In this document: in pieces, positions 58,504 through 64,000 of the stretch | Numbering within the stretch: position 1 is the stretch's first letter | Layout: every line of letters starts with the position of its first letter | Source: Ignavibacteria bacterium | Lineage (GTDB): Bacteria > Bacteroidota > Ignavibacteria > UBA10030 > UBA6906 | DNA length: 64,000 bases | Direction of reading: 5' to 3' | Assembly: GCA_040290295.1 (NCBI GenBank) | Contig: PSMW01000009.1 | Coordinates: 39,200 to 103,199 of the forward strand | The notes under the pieces: model-generated | What the model was told of the DNA's origin: nothing | Database searches by the model: none | The model's input: only the letters and a program-made list of their open reading frames with translations | Position numbers and translations under genes: made by a program

Positions 58504-60036
58504 ATGTCAAAGAAATCCATTTTCGTCTCGTTGTTTCTGATTGCGATAGGCATCGTCTTGGGCGTGCTTATCGTGTCGAATGCGCCGCAAGGTGTTGGAC
58601 TCAGCCTTGCGGGCGGACAGGACAAAATCAAACTCGGTGCTGCTGCCCCTCCGATCACGGGTAGCGGCGATCTCAAACTTTCGCCGACCAGTTTCACAGC
58701 GGTTGCCAAAGCCGTCATCCCTACGGTCGTATCGATCAACGTCACGTCTTCTAAGAACAAGGGAGAGGACAACATGCCCGACTTCTTCCACTTCTTTGGT
58801 CCTGAATTCAGGCCTCGTGAACCGGAGAAGTCGCAAGGCTCTGGCTCAGGCGTGATTGTCACGCCCGATGGATACATCGTCACGAACAATCATGTCGTTG
58901 ATGGTGCGGACGAAGACGGTATCGAAGTAAGAATGGACAACCAGAAGATCCGCTACAAGGCGCGGTTGGTAGGGACCGACCCCACGACGGATCTCGCGGT
59001 GATCAAAATCGATCAAAACAATTTGCCCGTTGCCTCGCTGGGTAATTCGGACAATGTACAAGTGGGCGAATGGGTGCTGGCGATCGGCAATCCCTTGGGC
59101 TTAACCTCGACTGTTACTGCCGGCATTGTGAGCGCCTTGGGCAGAAACATCAACATCATCAGCGACCGCTACGGCATCGAGAATTTTATTCAGACCGATG
59201 CGGCGATCAATCCGGGGAACAGTGGCGGACCCTTGGTGAACCTCAACGGAGAAGTCATCGGTATCAACACGGCGATCGCTACGACGAACATGCGCTATCA
59301 AGGCTACGGGTTTGCCGTGCCGATCAATATCGTGAAGACGGTGGCGATGGACTTGATCGAAAACGGCAAGGTGCGGCGCGGCTACATCGGGGTAACTATC
59401 CGCAGCATCGACCAGACGATGGCGAAAGCGATCGGATTGGATAAGCCGCAAGGCGTGCTCATCAACGAGTTGGTGCCCAAGGGCGCAGGCGAAGCCGCAG
59501 GACTGAAAGCAGGAGACGTCATCCTCTCCATCGATGGGAAAGAGGTGAACGAACCGAACGAATTGCAAAGCTACATCGCAACCAAACATGCGGGGGACGT
59601 GGTGACGCTGAAGATCTTCCGCAACGGAAGCACGGTCGAGAAGAAGGTGACGTTGAAGCCGCGTGAGGATGAATCGACGACCGTGAAAGCTGCCGAGAAG
59701 AAAGGGAGCACCGACCGAGATCGGGACACGAAACCGTCGGTGGTCAAGTTCGACAAGCTCGGCATGACCGTACGAGCATTGCGCCCTGACGAGAAAAAAG
59801 CCGACGAGGCCGAAACCGGCGTTGTCGTCTCCAATATCTCTCCTTACAGCGAAGCATTCAATCAGGGCATCGCAGAGAACGATATCATTCTGGAAGCCGA
59901 CCGCAAGCCGATCAGCAGTCCCGCCGATCTGCAAAAGATCGTCGAGTCGAAGAAGCCGGGAGATGCAGTCCTGCTGCGCGTGAAGAAGCCCCAAGGCACG
60001 GTCCTCTTCCTGGCTGTGCAGATTCCGAAATCATAA
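58504..60036 (+). CDS. htrA: Do/DegP/HtrA family periplasmic serine protease with two PDZ domains
   Basis: Catalytic motifs TNNHVV, D (TDLAVIK) and GNSGGPL, followed by two PDZ regions. Confidence 0.9.
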   Translation: MSKKSIFVSLFLIAIGIVLGVLIVSNAPQGVGLSLAGGQDKIKLGAAAPPITGSGDLKLSPTSFTAVAKAVIPTVVSINVTSSKNKGEDNMPDFFHFFGPEFRPREPEKSQGSGSGVIVTPDGYIVTNNHVVDGADEDGIEVRMDNQKIRYKARLVGTDPTTDLAVIKIDQNNLPVASLGNSDNVQVGEWVLAIGNPLGLTSTVTAGIVSALGRNINIISDRYGIENFIQTDAAINPGNSGGPLVNLNGEVIGINTAIATTNMRYQGYGFAVPINIVKTVAMDLIENGKVRRGYIGVTIRSIDQTMAKAIGLDKPQGVLINELVPKGAGEAAGLKAGDVILSIDGKEVNEPNELQSYIATKHAGDVVTLKIFRNGSTVEKKVTLKPREDESTTVKAAEKKGSTDRDRDTKPSVVKFDKLGMTVRALRPDEKKADEAETGVVVSNISPYSEAFNQGIAENDIILEADRKPISSPADLQKIVESKKPGDAVLLRVKKPQGTVLFLAVQIPKS

Positions 60037-60056
60037 CGTCACATCGTGAACGCCGC

Positions 60057-60090
60057 AAGCCCCGACCCCGTGTCGGGGCTTGTTGTTGGT
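60057..60090 (+). terminator. rho-independent terminator after htrA
   Basis: AAGCCCCGAC (60057-60066) pairs perfectly with GTCGGGGCTT (60072-60081), with a 5-nt loop, then GTTGTTGG. Confidence 0.6.
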
Positions 60091-60131
60091 GCGGAACGGT
60101 TGCGTCGTGTGGTGGATGCCTTGCGCGTTGC

Positions 60132-60160
60132 TTGACAATCCTTCCCGTTAATGATATATT
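60132..60160 (+). promoter_or_regulatory. candidate sigma-70-type promoter TTGACA-N17-TATATT
   Basis: TTGACA (60132-60137), 17-nt spacer, TATATT (60155-60160), followed by a T-run, about 100 nt upstream of the HNH gene. Confidence 0.35.
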
Positions 60161-60263
60161 TTTTTTCGGTGATAAACCATGGCGAATCCATCACTCAAGC
60201 CAGACAGCAAGGAGGTAGGTTAACTTCAGCGCATCTGTTGTACACCGATCGGCTCCGGGCAAG

Positions 60264-60767
60264 TTGAACGCAAAGGTCCTGATCCTCAACCAGAATTACG
60301 AGCCGATGAGTGTGATAAATGTGAAGAAGGCGATTGTCCTGCTGTATTTAGGTAAAGCCGAGCTGATCGAAGCACATGATGGGCGGGCAGTTCGTTCTGT
60401 CTCCACCTCGATGCCCTTCCCGAGCATCGTCAAACTTTCGATGTACGTCAAGGTCCCGTACAAGAGGATCATCCTTTCTCGCAAGAACATCCTGCGTCGC
60501 GACGGACATCGCTGCCAATACTGCGGTCGCAGCGACCTGACTCTTACCATTGACCATGTTGTGCCGATGTCGCGAGGAGGGGAGGAGACGTGGGAGAACT
60601 TGGTGTGTGCCTGCGTTCGATGCAATAACAAGAAGGGAGATCGCACGCCGGAAGAAGCCAACATGCCGCTCCTGCGCAAGCCAATGAAGCCCAATCATGT
60701 TTCGTTCATCAGTCATGTTGTAGGAAGGATGGACGAACGGTGGAAACCCTATCTGTTTCTCCAATAA
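60264..60767 (+). CDS. small stand-alone HNH endonuclease
   Basis: CQYCG...LTIDHVVPMSRGG...WENLVCACVRCNNKKG (HNH/Zn motif). TTG 60264 is the first start codon after the in-frame TAG at 60216. Confidence 0.8.
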   Translation: MNAKVLILNQNYEPMSVINVKKAIVLLYLGKAELIEAHDGRAVRSVSTSMPFPSIVKLSMYVKVPYKRIILSRKNILRRDGHRCQYCGRSDLTLTIDHVVPMSRGGEETWENLVCACVRCNNKKGDRTPEEANMPLLRKPMKPNHVSFISHVVGRMDERWKPYLFLQ

Positions 60768-60829
60768 CCCGTCCACATGAGACGAGTTCTTTGTTCACAC
60801 TCTCTTGAACGATTCCGAGAACTGTATCA

Positions 60830-61816
60830 TTGGCGACAAAGAAAACGATCTTGAGCGGCATGCGTCCGACGGGCAAACTGCATCTCGGTCATCTCGTCGG
60901 CGCGTTGGAAAATTGGGTCGCTCTCCAACACGAGTATAGCAACTATCATCTGATTGCCGATTACCATGCGCTGACGACGAATCCCGACACGTCGGGTCTC
61001 TACCAGAACTCTATCGAGATGCTGATTGATTGGCTTGCAGCAGGTCTCGACCCGACCAAAAGTCCTATGTTTCGTCAGTCGCAAATCAAAGAGCACACAG
61101 AACTCCACCTCATCTTTTCGATGCTCATCACGCAGGCGCGATTGGAACGCAACCCGGCAGTGAAGGAGCAGGTGCGCGACTTGAATATCGAGAGCGTCAG
61201 TTACGGCCATCTCGGCTATCCCGTGTTGCAGGCGGCAGACATTCTGCTTTACAAAGGCGAGTACGTCCCCGTCGGCGAAGACCAAGTACCACACGTCGAG
61301 ATCACGCGAGAAATTGCACGGCGATTCAACGCGCTCTATGGCAAAGTCTTTCCCGAACCCGAGCCGAAACTGACAACGTTCGCACGCTTGCCCGGATTGG
61401 ATGGGATGGACAAGAAGATGAGCAAGTCGGCTGGAAACACGATCTTGCTTTCCGATCCGCCGGAGGAGATTCAGCGCAAAATGCGCACGGCGGTGACCGA
61501 TCCGCTGAAGGTGCGCAAGAACGATCCGGGCCGTCCCGAGATTTGCTTGGTGTTCACCTATCATAAAAAATTCAACGGAGCGGAAGTCCCGCAAATCGAA
61601 GCGGACTGTCGAAGCGGCGCGTTGGGTTGTGTTGAATGCAAAGCACGCATCGCGGCGCGTATCGCTGAAGCATTGGAGCCGCTGCGCGAACGCCGCGCCT
61701 ACTACGAGACACATCCGGATGAGGTGAAAGATATCCTTGCCGATGGTGAACAACGGGCGCGAGCCAAAGCTCAAGCGACCATGATTGAAGTGCGAGAAGC
61801 GATGAAACTCGGATGA
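60830..61816 (+). CDS. trpS: tryptophan--tRNA ligase
   Basis: Class I HIGH-type motif (TGKLHLGH) and KMSKS. TTG start. Confidence 0.95.
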   Translation: MATKKTILSGMRPTGKLHLGHLVGALENWVALQHEYSNYHLIADYHALTTNPDTSGLYQNSIEMLIDWLAAGLDPTKSPMFRQSQIKEHTELHLIFSMLITQARLERNPAVKEQVRDLNIESVSYGHLGYPVLQAADILLYKGEYVPVGEDQVPHVEITREIARRFNALYGKVFPEPEPKLTTFARLPGLDGMDKKMSKSAGNTILLSDPPEEIQRKMRTAVTDPLKVRKNDPGRPEICLVFTYHKKFNGAEVPQIEADCRSGALGCVECKARIAARIAEALEPLRERRAYYETHPDEVKDILADGEQRARAKAQATMIEVREAMKLG

Positions 61817-61844
61817 GACGTCCACACCTGCACAGTGACAACGG

Positions 61845-62594
61845 ATGAGTACCTATCGCGTCAAACTGAACGACTTCGAAGGTCCGCTCGACCTCTTGCT
61901 CTTCTTCATCAAGCGGGATGAATTAGATATCTACGATATTCCGATCTCGAAGATCACGCAGGACTTCTTGGAGTATCTCCACCTGATGGCTTCGCTGGAT
62001 TTAGAGGTCGCCGGCGAGTTCATCGTCATGGCGGCGACGCTGATGCACATCAAGGTGCGTATGTTGCTCCCACGGGAAAGCGGTCCGGATGGCGAAGAGG
62101 AAGACCCGCGTGCCGAACTTGTTCGCCGTCTGGTCGAGTACAAGCGCTACAAAGAAAAAGCGCAAGAGCTTTCCGCCATGGAGGACCAGCAACGAAAAAT
62201 CTTCTATCGAACATTCTATGCCGCCGACCCGGTGCAGCACGATGAGAACGACGACGACCTCTTGAAAGACATCACGCTCTTCAATCTCATTGCAGCATAC
62301 AAGAAGGCGTTAGACAATCTGCCCAAGAAAGTGGTGCACGAAGTTGAATTGTACAACGTCACGATCGAGGAGCAGATGAGTTATACGTTGGACTACCTGC
62401 GCCTTCACAAAGAGGCAACACTGCTGAATCTCGTCAGCCACATGACGGAAAAGTCGCGCATCATTGTCACGGTCATCGCTCTCTTGGAGATGACCAAGAA
62501 TAAAGTCATTGCGCTGCTGCCCGCAGAGGAGCGCGAGGATGTCGTTATCCGTCCGATCGTACCGCTACACGATAGGGCATTGGAGCACGCATGA
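61845..62594 (+). CDS. scpA: segregation and condensation protein A
   Basis: FEGPLDLLLFFIKRDELDIYDIPISKIT is typical of ScpA. Confidence 0.85.
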   Translation: MSTYRVKLNDFEGPLDLLLFFIKRDELDIYDIPISKITQDFLEYLHLMASLDLEVAGEFIVMAATLMHIKVRMLLPRESGPDGEEEDPRAELVRRLVEYKRYKEKAQELSAMEDQQRKIFYRTFYAADPVQHDENDDDLLKDITLFNLIAAYKKALDNLPKKVVHEVELYNVTIEEQMSYTLDYLRLHKEATLLNLVSHMTEKSRIIVTVIALLEMTKNKVIALLPAEEREDVVIRPIVPLHDRALEHA

Positions 62595-63355
62595 GCGGGA
62601 TTGGGAAAGAACACCAGATCACGATGCGGCAGATCGTGGAAGCGTTGCTATTTGCGACCGACGAGCCGCTGTCGATCAAACAGATGCTGGCAATATTCGG
62701 GGAGTTCGAGGCGGGCGAACTGCCCAACAAGCGCGTCACGGAGCAGACCGTTCTCTCCGCCATTGAGCAACTCAACAAAGAGTACGAACAAACCGGTCGC
62801 GCGATGCACATTGTGAAAGTTGCCGGCGGATATCAGTTTGCCACTCTGCCGCGCTTTGCACCGTGGCTCGGCAAGATGGTGAAAGAAAAATCCAAACGTA
62901 AACTTTCTGCCTCGGCGTTGGAGAGTCTTGCCGTCATCGCATACAAACAACCGGTGACGAAGCCGGAGATCGAGGCGATTCGAGGCGTGAACGCGGACTA
63001 CGTCCTCCGCACGCTGATGGAACGCAATCTCATCACCATCGTCGGTCGAGCTCCCACCCCCGGCAGACCCTTGCTGTACGGAACGACGAAAGAATTTTTG
63101 AAACACTTCGGCTTGAACGATCTTTCGGAATTGCCCAAGCCGCGAGAAATCGATGAACTGCTGGCAGAAGCCGAATTCGAAGTCGAAAAACGGCTGCTTG
63201 CCGAGCAGGAAGCGAAAGTTCGGGAAGAATTCGACGCCGAAGTTGACGCCGACGATGATACCCGCATCGTTGTGGGCGAGGACGGCACGCTCCGCAAGGT
63301 GGAGCCTGACGATCTCCCGGCGGACGATGATGATGTCAATGGCGTGCAGGCGTGA
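62591..63355 (+). CDS. scpB: segregation and condensation protein B (with acidic C-terminal tail)
   Basis: IVEALLFATDEPL...LSASALESLAVIAYKQPVTKPEIEAIRGV. ATGA overlap with scpA. Confidence 0.85.
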   Translation: MSGIGKEHQITMRQIVEALLFATDEPLSIKQMLAIFGEFEAGELPNKRVTEQTVLSAIEQLNKEYEQTGRAMHIVKVAGGYQFATLPRFAPWLGKMVKEKSKRKLSASALESLAVIAYKQPVTKPEIEAIRGVNADYVLRTLMERNLITIVGRAPTPGRPLLYGTTKEFLKHFGLNDLSELPKPREIDELLAEAEFEVEKRLLAEQEAKVREEFDAEVDADDDTRIVVGEDGTLRKVEPDDLPADDDDVNGVQA

Positions 63356-63389
63356 CGTTGCTCTTGCGGTGTGTGGGAGTGAACCTACG

Positions 63390-64000
63390 ATGAAGCGAAC
63401 AATCAAACCGCAGCCGCGTGAGCTGATGCGCATCAACCGCTATCTGAGCATGTGCGGCGTTGCTTCGCGACGCAAAGCGGACGAGCTGGTGCTTGCAGGA
63501 AAAGTGGAAGTCAACGGCAACGTGCTGACGGATGTCGGCGCCAAGATCGATCCGCAGCGCGATAAGGTGTTCGTGGATGGCAAGCAAGCCACGCGTGTGC
63601 ACGATTTCGTCTATCTGGTTATGAACAAACCGAAGGATACCATCACCACGCTGAGCGATGAACGCGGTCGCACGACCGTCATGAGTTTGGTGAAGTCGAA
63701 GCATCGCGTGTATCCCATCGGTCGTCTGGACCGCGATACGACCGGCGTCTTGCTCCTGACCAACGACGGTGAGTTCGCCAACCGCTTGATGCATCCAAAG
63801 TTCGGCATTCCGAAATCCTACCGCGTAACGCTCGAAACTCCACTCAAGCCTGCCGACGTCGAACGATTGCGTAAAGGTGTACGTCTCGCCGAAGGGCTGA
63901 CGGCACCCGCCGAGGTGTATGTTCTTCCTGGAGGGAAAGGGATGGACATCGGCATCACGATTCGCGAAGGCAGAAACCGGCAAGCGCGGCGCATGTTCGA
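63390..64000 (+). CDS. rluB: RluB-type pseudouridine synthase, 3' end outside window
   Basis: Not in the ORF track because it is open at the window end. My translation from ATG 63390: MKRTIKPQPRELMRINRYLSMCGVASRRKADELV (S4 domain) ... GRLDRDTTGVLLLTNDGEFANRLMHP ... EGRNRQARRMF. Confidence 0.8.
   Translation, partial: MKRTIKPQPRELMRINRYLSMCGVASRRKADELVLAGKVEVNGNVLTDVGAKIDPQRDKVFVDGKQATRVHDFVYLVMNKPKDTITTLSDERGRTTVMSLVKSKHRVYPIGRLDRDTTGVLLLTNDGEFANRLMHPKFGIPKSYRVTLETPLKPADVERLRKGVRLAEGLTAPAEVYVLPGGKGMDIGITIREGRNRQARRMF

Noticed and set aside
60827-63983. Minus-strand ORFs 60827..61825, 62648..63436 and 63336..63983.
   Set aside because: They are antisense to trpS, scpB and the (track-missing) rluB gene respectively. 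The plus-strand translations carry the diagnostic motifs.
1-64000. Search for tRNA, rRNA, tmRNA, RNase P, transposase/integrase, reverse transcriptase (retron/DGR) and cas genes.
   Set aside because: I found none by eye: no GGTTCGAATCC-type T-arms and no conserved RNase P or tmRNA cores. GAAAAGTCCGGGA at 46580 is just a local hairpin. A tRNAscan/Infernal pass would be needed for certainty.

Overview
High-GC bacterial chromosomal window with about 60 genes, mostly housekeeping, and many long antisense 'shadow' ORFs in the six-frame track. T9SS-type C-terminal sorting domains, PorV/PorQ-like barrels and a caa3-type oxidase suggest an FCB-group organism (Ignavibacteria/Chlorobi-like); this is inference only. 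I found no rRNA, tRNA, CRISPR array, transposase or integrase by eye.

Housekeeping content:
- Respiration, repair and envelope: ctaD-ctaE-coxIV, lysC, nth, two GT9 heptosyltransferase-family genes, a TonB-dependent receptor.
- A ZraP/S/R-like envelope-stress trio followed by paaABCD.
- Class II RNR (nrdJ), prmC, dtd, comEC, methylmalonyl-CoA mutase catalytic subunit, mtnA, recO, htrA, trpS, scpAB, rluB.

Most interesting locus (11.5-15.5 kb):
- A 69-aa secreted mini-protein carries three perfectly identical 13-aa units. Their DNA copies differ only at synonymous sites. It has its own SD and terminator.
- An M50/site-2 protease gene follows it on the same strand.
- Divergently transcribed are an AT-richer polytopic membrane protein and a stand-alone sigma-54-activator-like AAA+ regulator with a degenerate GAFTGA loop.
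- I propose this, as inference, as a candidate undescribed peptide-signalling or processing module.

Other notable items:
- A TatD-radical SAM fusion.
- A translationally coupled cluster of a lipoprotein, a T9SS cargo protein and two PorV/Q-like barrels.
- paaABCD without paaE.
- A high density of reading-frame lesions: three at homopolymers, plus nrdJ, a PIN toxin, an in-frame TGA inside a TM helix, and decayed or truncated gene remnants. These need read-level checking before any biological interpretation.

All coordinates and counts were derived by hand from the sequence. No database search was run.
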